Source of the DNA: Clostridiales bacterium | Lineage (GTDB): Bacteria > Bacillota > Clostridia > Oscillospirales > Acutalibacteraceae | Direction of reading: 5' to 3' | Length of the DNA: 64,000 nucleotides | Assembly (NCBI GenBank): GCA_022801595.1 | Contig: JAAWSO010000005.1 | Span: 57,622 to 121,621, forward strand | Part shown: piece by piece, positions 19,405 through 28,142 of the stretch | Numbering within the stretch: position 1 is the stretch's first letter | Layout: each line of letters begins with the position of its first letter | Position numbers and translations under genes: made by a program | The notes under the pieces: model-generated | What the model was told of the DNA's origin: nothing | Seen by the model: the letters and a program-made list of their open reading frames with translations, nothing else | Databases searched by the model: none

Positions 19405-20214
19405 TTATTGTCCGAGCTCCTCTGCCCTTTTTGTACATGCTATCATAGCTTCATCTACAATTTGCTCCAAGTGATAATAATAAAATACATCTAATGCTTC
19501 TAATGTTGTCCCACCTGGCGAGGAAACCATTTTAATGAGTTGGTCTGGAGTGGTGTCTGGCTGTCGTAACATAGCTGCACTCCCTTCCAAGGTTTGGCAG
19601 ATTAGTTCTAACGCAGTGTTTCCAGGGATACCTTGTTTTATGGCACTGTCCATCATTGCTTTTGCAAACAAGTAAATGTAAGCGGGACTGCTACCATTCA
19701 CTGAAATTATCGCATTCATTTTATCCTCTTCTAAGACTGTTACCGTACCACAAGCTTCAAAAAAACTTTTGACCAATTGAAAAGCATGATCGGATACATT
19801 GGAGGAACGGCATATGGCTGTCGCCCCTTTTCCTAAGAGAAGTGGAGTGTTGGGCATGGCACGAATGACTGGACAAGGACATGCTAAAGCTTGTTGAATA
19901 TACTGGGTTGAAATTCCAGCAGCAATAGAAACAAAGAGTTTATCGGGGGTTGTATTGCCCTTTACAGATCTTAAGATTTCTGTAAAGTTTTGTGGCTTTA
20001 CAGAAAGAAAAATGATGTCAGCATCTGTGGTTAAATTTTGAATAGAGCTAGAAACCTTTACACCAATTTCCTTCTGCATCGTTAGGCATTTTTCCTGATT
20101 AATGTCAAAAATAAGAATATTTTTTTCTGGAAAGGCATTTGACTTTACAATTCCTCGGATAATTGCTCCAGCCATATTGCCTGCACCGATAAATCCTAAC
20201 TTTACTGATTTCAT
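19405..20214 (-). CDS. proC: pyrroline-5-carboxylate reductase
   Basis: 269 aa. N-terminal Rossmann motif GFIGAGNMAGAI. C-terminal SPGGTTLEAL motif. Confidence 0.9.
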   Translation of the reverse strand: MKSVKLGFIGAGNMAGAIIRGIVKSNAFPEKNILIFDINQEKCLTMQKEIGVKVSSSIQNLTTDADIIFLSVKPQNFTEILRSVKGNTTPDKLFVSIAAGISTQYIQQALACPCPVIRAMPNTPLLLGKGATAICRSSNVSDHAFQLVKSFFEACGTVTVLEEDKMNAIISVNGSSPAYIYLFAKAMMDSAIKQGIPGNTALELICQTLEGSAAMLRQPDTTPDQLIKMVSSPGGTTLEALDVFYYYHLEQIVDEAMIACTKRAEELGQ

Positions 20215-20332
20215 AATGATCCCCTTTTCATCTAGATTTTTTCACACATGATAATGGATACTTAATAATATAATACTTTTCATCTTGTTCTGCAAGAGTT
20301 CGACAAGATTTTCTTTCTAAAATTTTTATATA

Positions 20333-20367
20333 GAAAAAAGCACTTTTACCTGTAAAGTAAAAGTGCT
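20333..20367 (-). terminator. rho-independent terminator after the SCIFF maturase
   Basis: Minus strand: AGCACTTTTAC tttacag GTAAAAGTGCT followed by TTTTTT. Confidence 0.8.
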
Positions 20368-20380
20368 AACAGGGTCAATG

Positions 20381-21754
20381 TTATTTGGAACCTATTTGAT
20401 CGGCCATAGCAGCTTCCATCATAATTGCACACTCTAATCGTTTCTTTTCTAGTGCACAAGAGATTGAATGAGATTTATGAATGTCTCCTTCATATTGCCA
20501 GCTATTTGCATTACAGCCTCCACTACAGTAGAATTTAGCCCAGCATTTTGTGCAATCCTCTTTGCTGTACACATTTGCTTTCGCAAACTCGTCTTTCATT
20601 CTGTGATTGAATGTACCATCTATGATGTTTCCCATCCTATAGGTTTCATCTCCCACAAACTGGTGGCATGGGAAAATATCCCCCTCTGGGGTAATTGCAA
20701 TATATTCATTGCCGCATCCACATCCACGCAACCGTTTAATCGCACATGGGCCTTGATTTAAGTCCACCATAAAATGGAAGAAATTAAAGCCTTTTTTTGC
20801 TTTTCTACGCTCTAAAATAATATTTGCTAAACGCTCATATTCTGTAAAAGCCGCAGGGAGGTTTTCTTCTTTTAATGAGTAATCCAGTTTAGGGTCGGAT
20901 ACAACGGGTTCGATGGAAAGCTGATCAAAACCTAAATCAGCAATATGTAAGGCATCTTCTGCAAAATCTAAATTATGTGTAGTAAAGGTACCTCGAATAT
21001 AATAGTCTTTATCACCTCGATTGGCAACCAGCTTTTGGTATTTTGGAACAATCAAATCGTAACAGCCAGAACCATCAACACGGGTACGAAGTCGATCGTT
21101 GACTGTTTTTCGTCCATCCAGGGATAATACTACATTACTCATTTCTCGATTTAAATATTCGATGACATCATCGGTTAGTAAAAGGCCATTTGTAGTTAGA
21201 GTAAAGCGAAAGTTTTTATTATGCTGTTTTTCAATACTGCGTGCATATTCCACAATTTGTTTTACTACTTCAAAATTCATTAATGGTTCTCCGCCAAAAA
21301 AATCTAATTCCAGATTATGACGGTTTCCGGAATGTTCAATTAAAAAATCAATTGCCTTCTTCCCCACTTCAATGGGCATTAATTTGCGTCCGCAGCCAAA
21401 GTCTCCTTTTGCAGCAAAACAGTATTCACAACGCAGATTACAATCGTGAGCAACATTTAAACACATAGATTTTACGGGAGCGTCTTGGAGCATTCCAGCA
21501 AATTTTCCATAGTCTTCATCACTGGAAAACAAAACTTCCTGTGCATACAATTCTTTGAGCTCGTTATAGGCTTCCTGCACCAATTGTGGGTCGTAATCCT
21601 GAAACGCTTTGATTATGTCCGCTGGAGGGGAATCTGGAACAGAATCTTCCAAATAATCTAACATAGCAAAGGGAATTTCATCAAATAGATGGACGGCTCC
21701 GCTATTGGTATCTATAACAATTCGGTATCCGCCTAAAGAATATTTGTGTATCAT
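20381..21754 (-). CDS. scfB: radical SAM/SPASM thioether-forming SCIFF peptide maturase
   Basis: Radical SAM cluster CNLRCEYCFA. C-terminal SPASM cysteines (CGCGNEY..FPCHQF..CTKCWAKFYCSGGC). N-terminus MIHKYSLGGYRIVIDTNSGAVHLFD. Lies immediately downstream of a SCIFF precursor. Confidence 0.85.
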   Translation of the reverse strand: MIHKYSLGGYRIVIDTNSGAVHLFDEIPFAMLDYLEDSVPDSPPADIIKAFQDYDPQLVQEAYNELKELYAQEVLFSSDEDYGKFAGMLQDAPVKSMCLNVAHDCNLRCEYCFAAKGDFGCGRKLMPIEVGKKAIDFLIEHSGNRHNLELDFFGGEPLMNFEVVKQIVEYARSIEKQHNKNFRFTLTTNGLLLTDDVIEYLNREMSNVVLSLDGRKTVNDRLRTRVDGSGCYDLIVPKYQKLVANRGDKDYYIRGTFTTHNLDFAEDALHIADLGFDQLSIEPVVSDPKLDYSLKEENLPAAFTEYERLANIILERRKAKKGFNFFHFMVDLNQGPCAIKRLRGCGCGNEYIAITPEGDIFPCHQFVGDETYRMGNIIDGTFNHRMKDEFAKANVYSKEDCTKCWAKFYCSGGCNANSWQYEGDIHKSHSISCALEKKRLECAIMMEAAMADQIGSK

Positions 21755-21783
21755 GACATTTTTCTCCATTATTTACGCAAAAT

Positions 21784-21809
21784 TTAAGGGACAGATGTCT
21801 GTCCCTTAA
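21784..21809 (-). terminator. intercistronic hairpin between the SCIFF precursor and the maturase (partial terminator candidate)
   Basis: Minus strand: TTAAGGGACAG acat CTGTCCCTTAA (11-bp stem) followed by ATTTTG. Sits between the precursor stop (21832) and the maturase start (21754). Confidence 0.6.
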
Positions 21810-21831
21810 GGTGAATGCTAATTGTAAGAAA

Positions 21832-21984
21832 TTAGCACTTATTCTTGTCGTTCTCACATTTTTGGTTTGCAACGGTGCAGGAAGTTTTGCAGGCGGATTG
21901 ACAGGATGCTTGACATTCGCCACAACCGCCTTTTACTGCGCTTTGCTTCAAAGTTGCTTGGTTCAAGGTTTTAATCTGTTTCAT
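21832..21984 (-). CDS. scfA: SCIFF six-cysteine RiPP precursor peptide
   Basis: Hand translation gives MKQIKTLNQATLKQSAVKGGCGECQASCQSACKTSCTVANQKCENDKNKC (50 aa). AGGAGA SD lies 7 nt upstream. Not in the ORF track (under 60 aa); the track instead lists an out-of-frame ORF at 21702-21923. Confidence 0.85.
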   Translation of the reverse strand: MKQIKTLNQATLKQSAVKGGCGECQASCQSACKTSCTVANQKCENDKNKC

Positions 21985-22069
21985 GAAAAAATCTCCTTTG
22001 TGATAATTTTTACATATCCTTATATTTTACTGATTTTATTTTACCATAAATCCAAACGGAAAAAAAGCC

Positions 22070-22483
22070 CTATTTTCTTTTTCTTTTTTTATTAACCGCG
22101 AGTAAGCCACCGATAGCCCCAGCCAGAACCATAACGCCCATGCGAGCGAAAGCTACCCAAGAAAGAGGAGTACCGGAGGACAAATTAGAAATTAAAAATA
22201 GGAGAAATAATACCAAACCGGCAATTGAGCCGTAGAGCAAACCACGTTGGCGAGAAAGTTTTCCCGCAACCAATCCAGCGATGAAAGCTCCTAGGGCAGA
22301 AATTCCAATCGAAACAGGGCTGAGGGCAACCACAGGAACTTGTTTCATTTTAAGAAAGAGGAAAGCGAACAGGAGAAGTAAAACAGCGCAAATACAACCG
22401 CCTGCTACCACTCCAAACCCAATCTGTCGGATCGCCCGGATGATGGTTCCATATCCTTCGGAATGCTCTTTGGTCTTTTTCAT
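22070..22483 (-). CDS. small integral membrane protein (TIGR04086-like)
   Basis: 137 aa with four glycine-rich TM segments and a basic tail KKRKRK. Sits between yajC and the SCIFF gene. Confidence 0.5.
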   Translation of the reverse strand: MKKTKEHSEGYGTIIRAIRQIGFGVVAGGCICAVLLLLFAFLFLKMKQVPVVALSPVSIGISALGAFIAGLVAGKLSRQRGLLYGSIAGLVLFLLFLISNLSSGTPLSWVAFARMGVMVLAGAIGGLLAVNKKRKRK

Positions 22484-22581
22484 AAAATTGCCTCCTTACA
22501 TTTTACCCATCCATTCATTGACAATAGGTATTCATATAAGGAAGCAGTTATGCTTACATTCTTCTGTTTTGTTGTCTTTGC

Positions 22582-23076
22582 TTATTTGGATTCTTCTTTA
22601 TTCTCTGGAGTCTCTGAGACATCTGAAGGAATCTCGTTGGTTTTTTTGGCTGGCTCAACAGCATCATTGGTCTCTTTCAATTCTTTGGCAACCTCTTTTT
22701 CTTTCTCCTTTTCCTTTTTCTCTCTTACTGGAGTGGAAGGAGTCGAATCTGCAGTATCCACAGTACTGATAGCCCAACGCTTCAATTTCATCTTATTCCG
22801 GTCTGTGCCAGTCTCGATGATGACGCTGTCGCTTTCCTCTTTGATCGCAACGATACGGCCACAAATTCCGCCAATGGTTGTAATTTCATCGCCGATTTGT
22901 GCGTTTTTCCGCATAGCAGCTTCTTTTTTCTTTCTCTTGGATTGCGGACGGAACAACAGAAAATAGGCGCCGACAATAATAGCGCCATACACCAGAATCA
23001 AAATCCACCAAGAATTATTGCCACCGCTTGCATTTGCGTCTGCGGTACTGGCAGTCAAAGTCAAAAATTCGTTCAT
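22582..23076 (-). CDS. yajC: preprotein translocase subunit YajC with a long charged C-terminal extension
   Basis: One TM segment, then the YajC core QSKRKKKEAAMRKNAQIGDEITTIGGICGRIV, then a tail of about 70 aa rich in E/K/T/P. Start at MNEFL (GGAGGTG SD). Confidence 0.8.
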   Translation of the reverse strand: MNEFLTLTASTADANASGGNNSWWILILVYGAIIVGAYFLLFRPQSKRKKKEAAMRKNAQIGDEITTIGGICGRIVAIKEESDSVIIETGTDRNKMKLKRWAISTVDTADSTPSTPVREKKEKEKEKEVAKELKETNDAVEPAKKTNEIPSDVSETPENKEESK

Positions 23077-23142
23077 TAAAATATGCACCTCCACATTAAT
23101 ACTTGTTATTATACCAACAAATATTGGTACATGCAAGTAAAA

Positions 23143-24282
23143 TTAAATTCTTCTCGAAATTTTTTCGATATTTTGCAAATAAAAATCTTCAAAACCTTCA
23201 GCTTCCAGAACATTTCGAATTTTTTCCATCAGAGAATTGTAAAAATATAAGTTATGAGTCACGGCTAACCGCATGGCCAACATCTCTTTACTCTTAAATA
23301 AATGATGGACATATGCGCGGGAAAAATGGCGGCAGGTGGGGCAATCACAGGTTTCATCAATCGGGTTTTCATCCAGTTCATATTTTGCATTCATCATATT
23401 TCGGATTCCCTCCATTGTAAAGAGCTGCCCATGACGAGCATTGCGGCTTGGCATGACACAATCAAAAATATCAATACCGCGGCGAACCGCTTCCAAAATA
23501 TTGGCTGGTGTGCCAACTCCCATCAAATAGCGAGGTTTTTCTGCTGGCATTTCAAGTTCAACCGCTTCAATAATGCGATACATTTCCTCTGCGCTCTCCC
23601 CTACTGCTAAGCCACCGATGGCATAACCCGGTAAATCTAGCTCACGAATTTGTTTCATATGTTCAATACGCAAATCTTCGTAAGTACTTCCCTGATTAAT
23701 GCCCCAAAGCATCTGTTTAGGGTTACTAGTGTCTGGGCACGCATTGAGCCGATCCATTTCTTCTTTGCATCGATAAAGCCAGCGTACGGTACGATCACAG
23801 GAATTTTTTACATAGGAGTACTCCGCTGGATTTTCAATACATTCGTCGAATGCCATAGCAATGGTAGAGCCGAGATTGGATTGGATCCGCATACTTTCCT
23901 CTGGCCCCATAAAAATTTTGCGGCCATCAATGTGGGAGGCAAAGGTAACCCCCTCCTCTTTGATGTTACGTAGCTTCGCTAAGGAAAACACCTGAAAACC
24001 ACCACTGTCGGTCAGAATTGGGCCGTCCCATTGAGTAAAAGAAGGAAGACCTCCCAACCTTTTTATGATTCGATCTCCTGGGCGTAAATGTAAATGATAG
24101 GTATTACAAAGCTGTACCTGGCATTTTAATTCCTTTAAGTCCAGTGCTGATAATGCACCTTTAATGGCACCGCAGGTTGCAACATTCATAAATGCCGGGG
24201 TCTGTATCGTTCCATGTGGAGTTTGTAATTCTCCACACCTGGCCCTTCCCTCTTTTTTATGTATTAAAATGGTTTTTTTCAT
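23143..24282 (-). CDS. tgt: queuine tRNA-ribosyltransferase
   Basis: 379 aa. TDSGGFQV motif, zinc site CDCPTC..H, LAMRLAVTHN. Confidence 0.95.
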   Translation of the reverse strand: MKKTILIHKKEGRARCGELQTPHGTIQTPAFMNVATCGAIKGALSALDLKELKCQVQLCNTYHLHLRPGDRIIKRLGGLPSFTQWDGPILTDSGGFQVFSLAKLRNIKEEGVTFASHIDGRKIFMGPEESMRIQSNLGSTIAMAFDECIENPAEYSYVKNSCDRTVRWLYRCKEEMDRLNACPDTSNPKQMLWGINQGSTYEDLRIEHMKQIRELDLPGYAIGGLAVGESAEEMYRIIEAVELEMPAEKPRYLMGVGTPANILEAVRRGIDIFDCVMPSRNARHGQLFTMEGIRNMMNAKYELDENPIDETCDCPTCRHFSRAYVHHLFKSKEMLAMRLAVTHNLYFYNSLMEKIRNVLEAEGFEDFYLQNIEKISRRI

Positions 24283-24310
24283 AAAAGGTTTCGGTTCCTT
24301 TCTCCCTAAT

Positions 24311-26077
24311 TTATTTTAAGGTTCTATTTTTGATTTGATAGATAATTTGTTGTATAATATCAATTCGTTTAAATGGTGTAATGAGGTAATAACCATCTAC
24401 ATAATCGTATATTTTATGGGCGATATCCACGGATATTTGGACAGCAAGCTGTGCAGATTCTTCTTTGGAAAGTCCCTCATAACGATCGATAATCTCTTGG
24501 GAAACATTAATTCCAGAAATTTCATTATTCATAAAACAAGCGTTTCGGTAGCTGACAACAGGAATTATCCCCCCTAGAATTTTTGCAGGAAGTGCCTCTT
24601 TTGCTTTTTTGAGGTTTTTTAGCGCTTCCTTTGTTAAAATCGGTTGCGTTAAAAACATAGTAACGCCATTTTGGATTTTTTGTTGGGCTCGTTGTAGCTG
24701 ATGATCAAAATTCCGTGCGTTTACATTTAGAGCGCCGCAAATTTGAAAAGGCATTTGAAAAGAAGACTCATTTAAGGTAGAAATGTAGTTAGCAAGCAAA
24801 GAGGAATTAAAACTAAAAATGGTTTTAATTTCATCTCGTTCCGCAGATGGCACTGGATCCCCCGTAACCACCAAAATATTATTCACACCTTCGATATTCA
24901 ATCCTAAGAGCAATGCCTTGGTTGCATTAATATTGCGATCTCGGCATGTCATATGAGGAATCGGAGTAATATCCAATTCTCGTTTCAATTTACATGCTAA
25001 CAAACTGCTGTCTACCCGTGCACGGGCAATGGGACAATCGGCAATGGTAATGGCATCCACACCCAAATGCTTTAGTATTTTTGCTCCTTCCATAAAGAAG
25101 GAAATTTCTGTATCTACTGGAGGATCTAATTCCACGGCAATAATTTTTTTGCCGGATTTTATTTTTTCAAATAAAATATTTTCTTGCTGAGAAGGGGTAC
25201 TCTTTTCCAGTGGTTTTTGGTGAAAATAGCGAATCTCCTGAAAAGAAAAAGAACGCAATACCTCTGCTGTTTTTTGAATATAAGCTGGTGTTGTACCGCA
25301 ACATCCACCTAGAATTTTCACGCCGCATTGCGCAATTTCTTTCATCTGGTCTGCAAAATAATCAGGACTGTTTTGAAAAAAAGTACGATTGTCCACTACG
25401 GTTGGATAGCCGGCATTTGGCATGATGGATACCAGTTTGTCTTTCAGTTCAAATTGGCGAATATACTGAAATAAATGCTGAGCACCAGAAAAACAATTAA
25501 ATCCTACTGCATCGATTTGTGGGATTTCTAAAACTTGTTGAAATAGTTTCTTTCCTGAAAACCCCATTCGAGTAAATCCTTCAGGAGAAACTGCAAATTC
25601 GACTAGAAGAAACGCATTTGAATTTTTTGCTTTTATATATTGAGACAAAGTTTCAAAATATTCAATATTGCTAAAAGTTTCAAAAATAAAATTTTCAATG
25701 CCCTGTGAAAGAAATACATCAATGATTTTTTTATATTCTTCCTCTGCTGATGGTTCTAAGGTAGGAATAGGACCAATATCTCCAAATAAAAATATCTCTT
25801 TTTCCCCAATTGCTTGTTTAGCAAGATAGCAACCTTGTATGATAATTTGTTCTACTGTTTCAAAACTACAGTTTAAGGATAAGGTGTTGGCGCTAAATGT
25901 ATTGGTCTTGAGTGCTTGACAACCAGCTCCGATATATTCTCGATGAATCTGCAAAATAGCTTCTGGATCTTCTAGGTTTGCAAGTTCACATTTTCGATCA
26001 TTCACATTGGCATAATAAGTTCCCATTGCTCCGTCAAAAATTAAAACCTGATTTTGCAAAAAATTTCTTACTTTCAT
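24311..26077 (-). CDS. bifunctional homocysteine S-methyltransferase / methylenetetrahydrofolate reductase
   Basis: 588 aa. N-terminal S-methyltransferase domain (FDGAMGT...GGCCGTTP) fused to an MTHFR-like C-terminal half (ITCRDRN-type MTCRDRN, VVTGDP). Confidence 0.8.
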   Translation of the reverse strand: MKVRNFLQNQVLIFDGAMGTYYANVNDRKCELANLEDPEAILQIHREYIGAGCQALKTNTFSANTLSLNCSFETVEQIIIQGCYLAKQAIGEKEIFLFGDIGPIPTLEPSAEEEYKKIIDVFLSQGIENFIFETFSNIEYFETLSQYIKAKNSNAFLLVEFAVSPEGFTRMGFSGKKLFQQVLEIPQIDAVGFNCFSGAQHLFQYIRQFELKDKLVSIMPNAGYPTVVDNRTFFQNSPDYFADQMKEIAQCGVKILGGCCGTTPAYIQKTAEVLRSFSFQEIRYFHQKPLEKSTPSQQENILFEKIKSGKKIIAVELDPPVDTEISFFMEGAKILKHLGVDAITIADCPIARARVDSSLLACKLKRELDITPIPHMTCRDRNINATKALLLGLNIEGVNNILVVTGDPVPSAERDEIKTIFSFNSSLLANYISTLNESSFQMPFQICGALNVNARNFDHQLQRAQQKIQNGVTMFLTQPILTKEALKNLKKAKEALPAKILGGIIPVVSYRNACFMNNEISGINVSQEIIDRYEGLSKEESAQLAVQISVDIAHKIYDYVDGYYLITPFKRIDIIQQIIYQIKNRTLK

Positions 26078-26128
26078 ATGCTATTCTCACTTCCTAATTT
26101 GAGTTTTTAAAGGATCAGCATGGCATCT

Positions 26129-26168
26129 GGAAAAAACGAACGGTGCGGGGACACTTTCCCTGCACCGC
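26129..26168 (-). terminator. strong intrinsic terminator-like hairpin in the leader of the MTHFR gene
   Basis: Minus strand: GCGGTGCAGGG aaagtgt CCCCGCACCGT followed by TCGTTTTTT, about 50 nt upstream of the ATG at 26077. Confidence 0.7.
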
Positions 26169-26182
26169 TTTTCTGTATATGT

Positions 26183-26211
26183 ATAATAGCAGGTTTAGGT
26201 GGAAAAGTCAA
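26183..26211 (-). promoter_or_regulatory. candidate sigma-A promoter
   Basis: Minus strand: TTGACT, 17-nt spacer, TATTAT. It would start transcription about 10 nt before the hairpin at 26129-26168. Confidence 0.45.
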
Positions 26212-26495
26212 TGGGTTTTGGAACATAACCGTTTAGCATACAGATCCTTGCGTACCTAAAATACCAAGTATCATGCGGCAAATTAACAAATGTCGTAATT
26301 ACACAGACGACATTTTGTAAAATGTCAAGTACATCAAGATAGATGCAGAAGAACCATTGTCACTCCGATCCATAAACTTACCAGAACAGCTCAGTAGAAG
26401 TGGGCAACTTATCCTCTGAAAATTGATTATTACCAGTTACAATATCGTTCATATTATAAGTGAACTTTTTTGACAAATTATAAGGAGGTATTCAT

Positions 26496-26675
26496 TTGAA
26501 CAAAAAGGAACGATATAAAATCACATTATTGCAGGATTATGGCACCTCTGATATTGATCAATTAAATGCCCAGTACCGCTGCAAAATAGAAATCAGCATA
26601 TTCTGTACTTCTTGTCCTGCAACACAAATAAACTACGGACTTGCTCCTTCCACAAATGAACTTCATAAAAAGTAA
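26496..26675 (+). CDS. hypothetical 59-aa protein (TTG start)
   Basis: TTG start 7 nt after TAAGGAGG. Hand translation MNKKERYKITLLQDYGTSDIDQLNAQYRCKIEISIFCTSCPATQINYGLAPSTNELHKK. No recognisable family. Confidence 0.3.
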   Translation: MNKKERYKITLLQDYGTSDIDQLNAQYRCKIEISIFCTSCPATQINYGLAPSTNELHKK

Positions 26676-26980
26676 TAAATCAGGTCAAATACACCAAACT
26701 TAGCCACACCTTTCTCCCACAACAAAAGCATATCCACATATAAAAAGAAACTGATAGCCTATCCGGCCAATCCGTTTCTTTTTTGCTGACACTATTCTAA
26801 AATATCACTTATATCCTCAGCACATGTACTGTCATAAATCCTATTTCAAATATATCAACTGACTCTGTGTTTTAAACTGCACTATGCAATTACCCACACA
26901 TTTGATTTTCGTATTCCAGAATCTGTGCCCATGTCAGCTATTCTGGCTTTTTGTCTTGGTCAAATTCTAGCCATAACTTT

Positions 26981-27430
26981 TCAGCCTCTTCCAGAATAGT
27001 TCCTGTTCAGCATCGGAATACTTTCCTTTAACTCGGATGTACTCTGCCTCACGCACCGTTTTTCTCGCTTTTCCATCATCCACCTGGTTCCATATAAAGC
27101 AGGCAGAAATTGTAAGGAAATCCGACCAGATATCCCACCTGTCATATTTCCCATCCAGCTGCCCAAAAAGCTGCAGAAATTCGCTGATATGTAAATCATA
27201 ACTATCTCATTGTGTTTTGATGGGCCACGACCCATCCTGTCTCCCCCCTTCGATTAGGCGGCGTCCTTCAATCTGCAAATCGCAGCGTACTGTTCTTCGG
27301 CAGCAAACCGTCTGTCGTAATCATGCAGCGTGCCGTCAGGCAGGAAAGAGCTCGGGATCTCCTTATCCCACTCCAACATCATCTGCCACAATTGGGATAA
27401 TCACGGCGTACAATACGCAAAGAACCTAAT
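26981..27430 (-). pseudogene. degenerate remnants of two or three short genes of unknown family
   Basis: Protein-like frames interrupted by stops or frame changes. Examples: MMLEWDKEIPSSFLPDGTLHDYDRRFAAEEQYAAICRLKDAA, then MGRGPSKHNE (good GGGGGGAG SD), shifting to DSYDLHISEFLQLFGQLDGKYDRWDIWSDF...KGKYSDAEQELFWKRLK. Confidence 0.35.
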
Positions 27431-27661
27431 GGCTGTTTCGGGCAGAAAAAGCATCCAAGACGCTTGAACACTCCTCTGTGGCTGCAAGCGTACCGCCAAT
27501 GGAAACTTCTGAAAAAGTGCAATGATCGGCAAATTCATGGATGTGCACCTTTTGAATATGAAGCTATCTGACGGACGCGAAAATCACATAATGAAAAATG
27601 AGAGTTTCAGATTTTACTCCAAAACTCCCGTTTCTTTATGTGGTATTGATATTTCCAAATA

Positions 27662-28123
27662 TTACCTCAGCAAATTTTCTAAATCCTTAATGGAAACATC
27701 CATTCTTACGGACACTTCTTCGAGTGCCATACCGGAATTCAGAAAACGCTTTACCACCATTTTCATATCCTCTCCAACCTCTATGAGATGTCCGTCCAAG
27801 TCGTAGAATCGGATCACACGCTGTCCCCAGCTATGCTCAATGGCTTCTCCCAGATATTCAATGTCCGGATACTCTTTCAGCTTATTTATGAAACCGTCGA
27901 AGTCCTGGTCTTCAAAAACGACTTCCGCATTATTGGATTTCTTTAATACCTTTTCTTTTGGTATATTTACTAGCCAGTCAAAATCCTGTTGTAGCGCTAA
28001 ACCACAGGTAAAAGCGATGTTCTTTCCGTAATCCTGATAGACTTCTAATCCAAATAGATCTTCATAAAACTTTCTTGCAGCGCTAATGTCAGCTACTGAT
28101 ATAACTGTACATATGTACTTCAT
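27662..28123 (-). CDS. VOC-family (glyoxalase/bleomycin-resistance fold) protein
   Basis: 153 aa. N-terminus VISVADISAARKFYEDLFGLEV and WGQRVIRFYDLDGHLIEVGE are typical of the VOC fold. Confidence 0.75.
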   Translation of the reverse strand: MKYICTVISVADISAARKFYEDLFGLEVYQDYGKNIAFTCGLALQQDFDWLVNIPKEKVLKKSNNAEVVFEDQDFDGFINKLKEYPDIEYLGEAIEHSWGQRVIRFYDLDGHLIEVGEDMKMVVKRFLNSGMALEEVSVRMDVSIKDLENLLR

Positions 28124-28142
28124 ATGAATTCTCCTTCCATTT

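Noticed and set aside
21702-21923. 73-aa track ORF overlapping the SCIFF region.
   Set aside because: It is out of frame with the genuine 50-aa SCIFF precursor and runs across the intercistronic hairpin into the maturase start. It has no SD.
22281-22966. Two plus-strand ORFs of 160-167 aa.
   Set aside because: They are antisense to yajC and the small membrane protein. They are generated by the low-complexity purine/pyrimidine tract.
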